Source of the DNA: a virus
Reading direction: 5' to 3' (one strand)
DNA length: 64,000 nt
Virus record (IMG/VR): IMGVR_UViG_3300042898_000852
Location: 1-64,000 of that record
Part shown: positions 50,012-57,303 of the stretch, piece after piece
Position numbering within the stretch: position 1 is the first letter of the stretch
How the letters are laid out: the number at the start of each line of letters is the position of its first letter
Position numbers and translations under genes: made by a program
The notes under the pieces: model-generated
What the model was told of the DNA's origin: nothing
Database searches by the model: none
Seen by the model: the letters and a program-made list of their open reading frames with translations, nothing else

Positions 50012-50125
50012 TTAGAGTTCCATAATAAAATATTTCGATGCAGGATATTGCGTCTGCAACCATTCTAACAGGCCTTCTTCAACTGGCAAACGAACGCTGT
50101 CAAATTTGTTAGTAATGTATCTCAT
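50012..50125 (-). CDS. Small 37-aa ORF (MRYITNKFDSVRLPVEEGLLEWLQTQYPASKYFIMEL), below the ORF-track cutoff
   Basis: ATGA overlap with the folE stop; ends 1 nt before the next ATG, filling the gap. Confidence 0.65.
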   Translation of the reverse strand: MRYITNKFDSVRLPVEEGLLEWLQTQYPASKYFIMEL

Positions 50126-50868
50126 CGCGGTGCAAACTCCTGTTGTAGTTTAATATTGTCAAAGAATTCTTTCTTTGTATGTGGATCATCTTTAAATGAA
50201 CCTTTCAATACAGTAGTCTGTGTTAGACTTGAGTGTGCCATGATGCCGCGATTCTCACAACAGCCATGAACTGCCTGCACGTAGACTGCTACGTTTTCTG
50301 ATTCGGTTGCTTTGCTGATTTCGCGGGCGATGTCGTTGCACAATTCTTCTTGTAATGTTCCACGACGAGCACACCACTGTGCTATTCTGGTATACTTTGA
50401 GAGACCAATAAGTTTATTAGCGGCAATGATACCGATGTAGGCAACCCCAGAAACAGGCTGGTGGTGATGAGAACACATACTTCGTAGCTCACTACGTACC
50501 ACAAGCATACCCTCGTAACGGTCGGCGCTGTCATTTGGAAAAGCTGTTGCATCTGGTGCCGGATCATATCTACCTGCCATTACTTCGTTAAAATACATTT
50601 TAGCAAGACGTCTTGCGGTACCTTTACTATTGGGATCGGTTTCGCGATCAATAAGTAATTTATCAAGCACTTGTTCAAATGCAGGTGTTGCTTCGTCAAT
50701 TAGTTTCTCTAGATCACCTTGCCAAAGGTATTCACTAATATTGTCACCGGCCCAAAATCTTTTACCATCACGTTTCATTTTAAAGCGAATATGGTCGCCT
50801 AGGTAAGCTTCTGAATATCCGCCATCGCCTGCCATTGCGTCTAGGCCTGTTTCTGTTTTATCTGTCAA
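50122..50868 (-). CDS. folE: GTP cyclohydrolase I (TTG start)
   Basis: TARRLAKMY, SMCSHH, IGLSKYTR, LQEEL, HGCCENRGI motifs. Confidence 0.95.
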   Translation of the reverse strand: MTDKTETGLDAMAGDGGYSEAYLGDHIRFKMKRDGKRFWAGDNISEYLWQGDLEKLIDEATPAFEQVLDKLLIDRETDPNSKGTARRLAKMYFNEVMAGRYDPAPDATAFPNDSADRYEGMLVVRSELRSMCSHHHQPVSGVAYIGIIAANKLIGLSKYTRIAQWCARRGTLQEELCNDIAREISKATESENVAVYVQAVHGCCENRGIMAHSSLTQTTVLKGSFKDDPHTKKEFFDNIKLQQEFAPR

Positions 50869-50908
50869 TTTATATTCTCCGAGTTAGTGTCGTGGATGAC
50901 ATACATTA

Positions 50909-52009
50909 TTATTTTAACATCTTTAATAGTTGAGTGCAACTAAAAAAGTTTTCTTTCAGTATATCTACTTGTTTATTTAGGCTAGGCAAGAATTTTTCGT
51001 AATTATTCATGTATTGAATAATCTTATTACAAATATCAGGTCTGTGTGCCTCGTATGCACTATAGCTTTCAGTCCATTCGCTAGGATATTTAAATGTATC
51101 TAATGCCATTTCGCTGTAGCTTAGTCTATCGGGAACCATAGGAATCGCATCTACAATAGCACCTTCATACCAACTGATGCCAAGCGTTTCTTGTAGGTTA
51201 GCACTGAATATCAGTTTAGCTTCTCCTAACAAATTGTGATATTCATTTTTGGTCAACTGTTGATCTTGACAAACAACAAATTCATATTGCGGCAACTGAT
51301 GTTTTAGATCACGGAAAATTTCTACCTGCTTCTCAGGAGCAATTCGATGTGGGAACAAGATAAGATCACGCTTGGGCATACCTTTGTACATTGCTAATGT
51401 ATCCTGCATATACTCCATGGGCCAACCTGTGCGTACAAACTTAGGATACTCGCCTGCAAGTATTTCTTTAAGTTCTTCTTCGTACCAAGGATTTTCTACA
51501 GAATGCCCATTGTTCAACAGTTCTCTATTAAACATTTCTATATGAAAGTCAGTGGCAAAGTAGTTGTGATCAAAGGCTGAAAAGAATGATTTCTCTGCAT
51601 TACGCACCCAAGGCTTATTACCAACAAGTCTGCCTAGAAAGTCTTGAGGATCATAACTGCCAGCATGCCACAAGCCATGTGTAACAACTGGAATGCCCAG
51701 CAGTTCACTCATGTACTTGAGATTGATGATGCCAGGGTGCCAAGCATCAGTAAATAAGAAGTGATCATTGGCGCGAATGCTTCCGTCGCAAAATAACCGA
51801 CCCATCTGCTCAACTTGACTAGCCTTGTAGATATTAGTGCCGCCAAAGTTGAGAAATGCCCCAGGAGTGGTAGCACTAGGAATATCCGTAGGACCTGATA
51901 TAATGTTGACATTGTGTCCTGCCTTTCGTAGGAGGGTAGGTACATGAGTCTTCCATTGACCAGTGTACCTTGTCTCGACTGCTTCTAGATCAACGAGAAA
52001 AACTGTCAT
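50909..52009 (-). CDS. GT-B glycosyltransferase (GT4-like; resembles the QTMAN/GTDC1 C-terminal domain)
   Basis: Likely start MTVFLVDLE at 52009; FPHRIAPEKQ...EYHNLLGEAKLIFSANLQETLGISWYEG...PMVPDRLSYSE contains the EX7E motif. Confidence 0.8.
   Translation of the reverse strand: MTVFLVDLEAVETRYTGQWKTHVPTLLRKAGHNVNIISGPTDIPSATTPGAFLNFGGTNIYKASQVEQMGRLFCDGSIRANDHFLFTDAWHPGIINLKYMSELLGIPVVTHGLWHAGSYDPQDFLGRLVGNKPWVRNAEKSFFSAFDHNYFATDFHIEMFNRELLNNGHSVENPWYEEELKEILAGEYPKFVRTGWPMEYMQDTLAMYKGMPKRDLILFPHRIAPEKQVEIFRDLKHQLPQYEFVVCQDQQLTKNEYHNLLGEAKLIFSANLQETLGISWYEGAIVDAIPMVPDRLSYSEMALDTFKYPSEWTESYSAYEAHRPDICNKIIQYMNNYEKFLPSLNKQVDILKENFFSCTQLLKMLK
50911..50939 (-). promoter_or_regulatory. Sigma70-type promoter for folE
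   Basis: Minus strand TTGCAC-N17-TAAAAT with extended TG. Confidence 0.55.
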
Positions 52010-52265
52010 TGCGCTGACGGAAGTTATTGTTTCCGCTACGATTGTACTCGCCGCGATTGTTAGTGTACTCACCACGTGGACGACGTGGGCGTGTGCTGTA
52101 GTAATAATTATTCCAAATCTGACTATCTCTATTGTAGAGATTAGCCTCGTTAAAATCACACAGTTCAAAGCGACAGAAGTCTTTAAACTTTTCCAGATCA
52201 TCAAAGATTTTAACAATGTCTGGACGATCTTCGAAATACGAAACGTTTTTATAATTCTTAGCCAT
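51990..52265 (-). CDS. Hypothetical protein with an R/N-rich, probably disordered C-terminus
   Basis: AGGA SD; this frame explains the region better than the 5' extension of the GT ORF. Confidence 0.7.
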   Translation of the reverse strand: MAKNYKNVSYFEDRPDIVKIFDDLEKFKDFCRFELCDFNEANLYNRDSQIWNNYYYSTRPRRPRGEYTNNRGEYNRSGNNNFRQRNDSFSR

Positions 52266-52279
52266 TTTAGCTTTTCCTA

Positions 52280-52669
52280 TTAATACTTAATAAATGAACC
52301 ATTTTCTCCGTCTTCGGAGACCTCAATCCAAACCTCACGGTTGGGATACTTTTTGGAGATAGCGTCATATAAATCACCTGACATCATCTCACAACTCTTG
52401 TAGTCTAACGCTAGTATACTATCTTTATAAAGATTTAGCAACCATCGTTTGAACTGAATAAACTCAATATCGCGATCATCGTGTGTTACACCTATCCAAA
52501 CTTTAAAGTGGAAGATATGGCGATGCGGATAGCCTAGAAAACTTACATCATACTCGTCACCTGTAGCAAGATTAGCGTCTGTAAGTGCGGCTGGATATTT
52601 GTGCATACCTTCTTTGTTAAAGGTAACCCAAATCATTTTGTTTGGTCGAATGTCTTGTTTAATAATCAT
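52280..52669 (-). CDS. QueD-like T-fold protein with the DpdL-type motif (putative CDG decarboxylase rather than canonical QueD)
   Basis: LGYPHRHIF matches LxxxHRHxF and lacks the QueD CxxxHGH motif; SCE and EVSEDGEN T-fold motifs. Confidence 0.75.
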   Translation of the reverse strand: MIIKQDIRPNKMIWVTFNKEGMHKYPAALTDANLATGDEYDVSFLGYPHRHIFHFKVWIGVTHDDRDIEFIQFKRWLLNLYKDSILALDYKSCEMMSGDLYDAISKKYPNREVWIEVSEDGENGSFIKY

Positions 52670-52893
52670 ACTGATAACAATCCTTTGGCAAATGTTTGAA
52701 TTTCTTCTTTAGTCATATGGAAGTTATAGGTGCTGGTAAAATCTACTTGACCGTTGTCATTGAGGCATTCTTGAATAACATCAAGAGATAAGCAACCTTT
52801 AGGACTTACTGCTTCCCATGATTCTACACGCACTCTAAATGCAGAATCTTCTTTAACTGTAAACTTTTTTACTTTTAAACTTTCGTGTTTCAT
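52666..52893 (-). CDS. Hypothetical phage protein
   Basis: Coupled ORF. Confidence 0.6.
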   Translation of the reverse strand: MKHESLKVKKFTVKEDSAFRVRVESWEAVSPKGCLSLDVIQECLNDNGQVDFTSTYNFHMTKEEIQTFAKGLLSV

Positions 52894-53252
52894 CTCAAAC
52901 TCTCCATAGTGATAATTTTTGCTAGCTCTTCACCTAGGTCTTTATCGTCTGTGACCACGTGCAGACTGTGTCTATGATCGTCCTTTTGACGATCATACTT
53001 GGTTGTTTCAATAATAGTTCCACCACCAGCACTGTAAACATTTAATCTAAACCCTTGTGACTGAATGTTTGGCCCTTCACTGTCAACGCTGATAACATTT
53101 CCACTGTAATCGGCACTATCATCCATTATCCAGTTTCGAATTCTTTGTTTAAATGTTAGTTTCATAGGTTTATTTGTCATGTATGATCTGGTCATTGATT
53201 TCTGCAATCGATTAACGGACTTAGCAGTCGAGGCATACGGGTTTGTTGCCAT
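52890..53252 (-). CDS. Hypothetical phage protein
   Basis: Coupled ORF. Confidence 0.65.
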   Translation of the reverse strand: MATNPYASTAKSVNRLQKSMTRSYMTNKPMKLTFKQRIRNWIMDDSADYSGNVISVDSEGPNIQSQGFRLNVYSAGGGTIIETTKYDRQKDDHRHSLHVVTDDKDLGEELAKIITMESLR

Positions 53253-53785
53253 TATTTGATAATCTCATCTTTGCCATATTGATCCCAACTAGTAAACTTA
53301 TTTCTATCTAGTAGGTCATGGAGGTTATGGCACCACACTCCGGGATTAGTTGCTTTAAAATCTTTGTCGTCTATCTTTATTGTAGCATTATATCCCAGCT
53401 GTTGTAAATAGGGCAGTTTAACCGAAATCTGTGGAATGAACTGACGCTTCTCAACCAGACCGCTTTCAAGAAGTCCTTCTACTTGTGCTAGATCTAGATC
53501 TAGTGTACACCAAAATTCATCATCGGCATCTAGACAAACATAGATCATATTTTCCCAAAGACGCCATTGATCTGCATCGTTGAATTTTAGATTAGGAAAA
53601 CTTTGATTAGCACCAAAGTAGATGTGAGTACATCTATGGTTGCGAGCAAGTTCCATGATCATATACTCGTCGTGTACACCTGTTACAAACAAAGTTTTCA
53701 TTCCGTAAGCAGGAGTCTTTTCGATCTCGATTCCTGTAAAGAATGTGATGCTGTCTGCAACACCTGATTCGTAATTTCTTTTCAT
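53252..53785 (-). CDS. Enzyme-like hypothetical protein in the deazaguanine cluster
   Basis: FFTGIEIEKTPAYGMKTLFV...HIYFGANQSF...KIDDKDFKATNPGVWC; alpha/beta pattern. Confidence 0.7.
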   Translation of the reverse strand: MKRNYESGVADSITFFTGIEIEKTPAYGMKTLFVTGVHDEYMIMELARNHRCTHIYFGANQSFPNLKFNDADQWRLWENMIYVCLDADDEFWCTLDLDLAQVEGLLESGLVEKRQFIPQISVKLPYLQQLGYNATIKIDDKDFKATNPGVWCHNLHDLLDRNKFTSWDQYGKDEIIK

Positions 53786-54198
53786 TCTGCAAACCTTTCT
53801 TTCATACGTTGTTGACGTTCTGCTTCGTGATGATCACAGAGAGTCTTAATCCACCCACCTTGTCTACTTTTACCAGGAGCACCACATTCTTCACAACTGG
53901 CATCGGCCCACGTTTCCGCCATACGAACCATTCCATTGATATTTTCGTCACCACCATCGTAGTAGAAACGTAGTCCGCCAAACTTCTCTTTAATCTGTGC
54001 TACTGTTACCTGCGGCACTACTTCAGACTGTTTGTTCTTCCAATCAATATGATGCTGAATATTACTGCACAACTTTTCTAGAATTGGCCACCAACCTTCA
54101 CCACATGCAAATCCACCATACTTACCACTAAACATCTTTGGAAATCGTTCTTCCATGTGTTTGGCAAAAGCGTCATATTTTTCAAATTCGTCACTCAT
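53782..54198 (-). CDS. Hypothetical phage protein (QIKEKFGGLRFY motif, C-terminal CxxC Zn site)
   Basis: GEGW, QIKEKFGGLRFY, CEECG...TLC motifs. Confidence 0.7.
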   Translation of the reverse strand: MSDEFEKYDAFAKHMEERFPKMFSGKYGGFACGEGWWPILEKLCSNIQHHIDWKNKQSEVVPQVTVAQIKEKFGGLRFYYDGGDENINGMVRMAETWADASCEECGAPGKSRQGGWIKTLCDHHEAERQQRMKERFAE

Positions 54199-54386
54199 TA
54201 CCAAGTACTCACGTCAGTGTTATCAACTTTAATATCCTTGCCCAGCAATTCAAAATGAACTGTTGTGGTAGGCCCAATACCACTAGAGTGTTCCTCAACA
54301 ATTTCAAATTGAGGAACCTCCGGAAAACGATTGGCAATATCTGTCAATGTTTTAATTTGAGTCTGTGTTAATATATATTTTTTCAT
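54198..54386 (-). CDS. Hypothetical phage protein
   Basis: SSGIG motif; TAATG/ATGA coupling. Confidence 0.6.
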   Translation of the reverse strand: MKKYILTQTQIKTLTDIANRFPEVPQFEIVEEHSSGIGPTTTVHFELLGKDIKVDNTDVSTW

Positions 54387-54592
54387 CGCTCGTCATCAAA
54401 GTCAACAGTTTCGTGATCGTGTTCCCATTGCTTACGTCTTAGTATAGCAAGTTCGTCTCTTAAAAGCAACCTCTGTTTCTTCAATTCTTGCATTTTCATA
54501 TCTTCAAACAGTCCATTCTTTTCTAGTGTATCGATTTTTTGGTCCAACACTCTATGAGATTCCTCTAAATGTTTAATTCTGTTTTCGTACAT
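54383..54592 (-). CDS. DUF465/YdcH-like coiled-coil protein
   Basis: LEESHRVLDQKI...LKKQRLLLRDEL pattern. Confidence 0.7.
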   Translation of the reverse strand: MYENRIKHLEESHRVLDQKIDTLEKNGLFEDMKMQELKKQRLLLRDELAILRRKQWEHDHETVDFDDER

Positions 54593-54601
54593 AGTTACTC
54601 C

Positions 54602-56137
54602 TTATTCAGCTACAAGTTTATCCAATTCACCATCTTCACGATCGTCGTTCCATGAGTCTTTATCTTCGCTGCCTTCTTCGTAGAACAGGTCATTAGAGAT
54701 ATTTGTAACACCACCACGTAGGCGTGAGCCTTCCAAATTCTGCATAAAGCCTCTGGTCTCTGCATCAGCAATCATTTCAAATGCAGATTCTTTGTTAGGA
54801 CAATTAAACAGTTCTTCAACAAAGCGATCAAAGTACAAGATGTTGCGTGGAACCCAATCACTGTACTCATCACTCATATCACGATCTTTGTTTTTCTTCC
54901 ACATTCTCCAGTCAGGTCGAATCTTAGCTTGTTCAATATCTGCCAAGTTGTTAGCACGTTGTACAGCAACAATGTGTTGATAGACATTATGTCCCATCAT
55001 TAGTGCATAACCGAAGCTATCCCACGATGTTTTGCCTTCTTTACCGATCTTGTTTAACATTCCTGGCTTGTAATGACACACATCTGAAACATTAAGTCTA
55101 CGTCCAATTTCGCTTTCGAACGGAAACGGAATGTCTGGACGTGATGCAAGTGCTTTGTTATCTGGGGCCTTGTCCATAATAACACTCCAACGCTTGGCTG
55201 TATGCTGACTGTTAGTATAGACCAGTCCGTGTGCAGTTGCAATAAACGGTGATGCACAGTCAAAGCTGATGGTAAAGTTAGGATTGACGTGTTTACGGAT
55301 CTGACGTTGAATACTGGTCAAGTAGCATGACCAATCTAACTGTGCAGTACCCAAGAAGTGCATCCAATCCTTGCCTTCTAACATACCGTCGAAGCGCATA
55401 GTGATCAATCGGCGAAGAGTAATATGCATCTTGCACATGTTAGCACCGCCCATCGCCCAACCTTCGGCGGCTTTATCGCCCCAGACAGTCTTGTCACTGA
55501 ACTCTTTAACGCCTTCATACCATGCTTCAGCAGTATCCCAGTTACTGCCCTGTAGAACGTTTAAGAACTTAGTAGCACCTAAACGATTTTCTAAGAAGTA
55601 CTTGTTGTTGTGACGAGTTTTTTCTAGACAGTCTTCAAAAGACTTCAATCCAGTCTTTGGGGAGTGAATATGATCGCAGGCCCAAGTCGGAACGTCAAGC
55701 ATCATTGACCAGTCAGCAGTTAATTCAAGCCAGTTAAGAATATCATCTCGAGTTTTGTTAGCTGCTTTACCTTCAAAGTCTAGCCAATCAAACTTAAGAA
55801 TACCTTTACCAATCTGATAACCGCCAGAGTCACCCAAGATCATTGTCTTGCTACGATCACGTTGTTGAATCATTGAATCATGATCCATTGTTTTAGTAAG
55901 ATCTAATTGTGCGTGACCTGCTGAATACAAACCATACTTGTAATAAAAGTATCCTTGCTCCGGGTTTAAAAAGTTCATACCTTCAATGCCACGATCAAAT
56001 CCTTTAGGAATACGATCTTTAGGTACGAACTCTTCCTTACGTTGTTTTGCAATGTAAGTGCTGTAGAAACTACTGATTGCAGGCAAATAGACTGCGTAGT
56101 CTTTCTGTAGGGGTGTTAAATCAACTGGTTGTTTCAT
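54602..56137 (-). CDS. dpdA: TGT-fold transglycosylase, DpdA-like (7-deazaguanine insertion into DNA)
   Basis: GDSGGYQ (TGT DSGG motif), MMLDVP, VLQG, GWAMGG, HFLG, SFDCASP, HN; clustered with folE/queE and next to replication genes. Confidence 0.82.
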   Translation of the reverse strand: MKQPVDLTPLQKDYAVYLPAISSFYSTYIAKQRKEEFVPKDRIPKGFDRGIEGMNFLNPEQGYFYYKYGLYSAGHAQLDLTKTMDHDSMIQQRDRSKTMILGDSGGYQIGKGILKFDWLDFEGKAANKTRDDILNWLELTADWSMMLDVPTWACDHIHSPKTGLKSFEDCLEKTRHNNKYFLENRLGATKFLNVLQGSNWDTAEAWYEGVKEFSDKTVWGDKAAEGWAMGGANMCKMHITLRRLITMRFDGMLEGKDWMHFLGTAQLDWSCYLTSIQRQIRKHVNPNFTISFDCASPFIATAHGLVYTNSQHTAKRWSVIMDKAPDNKALASRPDIPFPFESEIGRRLNVSDVCHYKPGMLNKIGKEGKTSWDSFGYALMMGHNVYQHIVAVQRANNLADIEQAKIRPDWRMWKKNKDRDMSDEYSDWVPRNILYFDRFVEELFNCPNKESAFEMIADAETRGFMQNLEGSRLRGGVTNISNDLFYEEGSEDKDSWNDDREDGELDKLVAE

Positions 56138-56504
56138 GTTCTCTCGCTAATTTTGCTGTAATGTCTAATTGACGTTTTGCCTGTTCTACGTTTTCTAATG
56201 CTATTTTAACAGCCTTGTTTTCATTTGCCAAGCTCTTCCACATCATTTCTTCGTTACGTTTCTCACGGGCCCAATCTAATAAAGATTCTGCTTCACCATT
56301 TAGACCTACACTGGCATAATACATATTCAGTATAACCCAATTAGATCCGTCAAACACTTCCATATTTTGATTAGAAGTGTTATAACGCATATTGCCAACA
56401 CCTTGTGCTCCGTTATAGCCTCCGCTATAGCCGTTCACATGGGTACTGGTATTACTGCCAGTGACTTGAACATAACGACTCGAAGAAGTAATGTTCTTAA
56501 TCAT
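56121..56504 (-). CDS. Hypothetical phage protein
   Basis: GNMRYN...MEVFDGSNW motif plus coiled coil. Confidence 0.65.
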   Translation of the reverse strand: MIKNITSSSRYVQVTGSNTSTHVNGYSGGYNGAQGVGNMRYNTSNQNMEVFDGSNWVILNMYYASVGLNGEAESLLDWAREKRNEEMMWKSLANENKAVKIALENVEQAKRQLDITAKLAREHETTS

Positions 56505-56506
56505 AT

Positions 56507-57244
56507 TTAGGCCGCCTGTGCTGGAATGATATATTTGTAAGTAGCAAGTCCGCTGTCCAAAGTAATCTGAATAGCACCTTCATTGCTCAAGGACATCTTT
56601 GTGTTGTTGACATCTGCAATCTTGAGAATACTCAAGATTGGTAGCACTGGCCAAGTCCAACCACGATCTAATTTACCAGTAATGCCCATGGCAAATATAA
56701 ACTCTCCGCCGTGTGTTGAAGCATCGCCAAAGATAAATTTCAATTTATCACCATCAGTCTTTGCCAAGAATGTTGGATGTTCGTTGTTAGCACCTGCTTG
56801 AAAGTTGAAACGTTGCACAGCACTAACTGTGGGTTCAACCTCCACGTCCCACTTAACACCTCGAAACTTAACTGTTTTCATTTTTTCATTAATGATCTCA
56901 GTATTCATAAAACGATAATCGTTTTTAAAATCGCCATCTTTGTTTTCAAAGTGTAGACCAGTTGGAATTGTTTCGCCATTGCGATCTGCGGTAGTGATAC
57001 TAATCTTGGCATTTTCTTTGTACTCAGCACCGTCTAACAAATATTTTAATTTGTTTAGTTGCGGCATACCAAATACACCCATCATATCTGGATACGGTGC
57101 ATTAGTTTCAGCTTCCATAATCACTGAACGGTCCTCAGCCATTGAATTGATCACGGTTTTATTTTGATCGCCGGTGACTTTAACTGTGGTTAAAAAGCCT
57201 AGGTTCTGTGTGTGCGATACGATATCTTGTAAAATGTCTTTCAT
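56507..57244 (-). CDS. DNA polymerase sliding clamp (gp45-like)
   Basis: 245 aa, directly downstream of the polymerase; C-terminal GAIQITLDSGLATYKYIIPA is clamp-like. Confidence 0.7.
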   Translation of the reverse strand: MKDILQDIVSHTQNLGFLTTVKVTGDQNKTVINSMAEDRSVIMEAETNAPYPDMMGVFGMPQLNKLKYLLDGAEYKENAKISITTADRNGETIPTGLHFENKDGDFKNDYRFMNTEIINEKMKTVKFRGVKWDVEVEPTVSAVQRFNFQAGANNEHPTFLAKTDGDKLKFIFGDASTHGGEFIFAMGITGKLDRGWTWPVLPILSILKIADVNNTKMSLSNEGAIQITLDSGLATYKYIIPAQAA

Positions 57245-57267
57245 TGAAAGTTCTCCTGTATATTAAG

Positions 57268-57296
57268 ATTATATTTAGATCTAGAGTAAAAAGCAA
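57268..57296 (-). promoter_or_regulatory. Composite promoter: sigma70 TTGCTT-N17-TATAAT overlapping late core TAAATA (57272-57277)
   Basis: Read directly; followed by AGGAG SD of the clamp gene. Confidence 0.65.
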
Positions 57297-57303
57297 CCGC
57301 AAT

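Noticed and set aside
50869-50908. preQ1 riboswitch upstream of folE
   Set aside because: It lacks the preQ1-I stem-loop consensus and A-rich tail; kept only as an unexplained hairpin
52010-52216. 5' extension of the GT ORF (435 aa in the track)
   Set aside because: It overlaps the SD-bearing 91-aa gene 51990-52265 in another frame and reads as shadow sequence; the plausible start is MTVFLVDLE at 52009
54602-56137. Ordinary host-type tRNA-guanine transglycosylase (tgt)
   Set aside because: It lacks the CxCxxC zinc motif of bacterial Tgt, is longer and divergent, and sits beside the clamp and polymerase; DNA-acting DpdA fits better, though tRNA activity is not formally excluded
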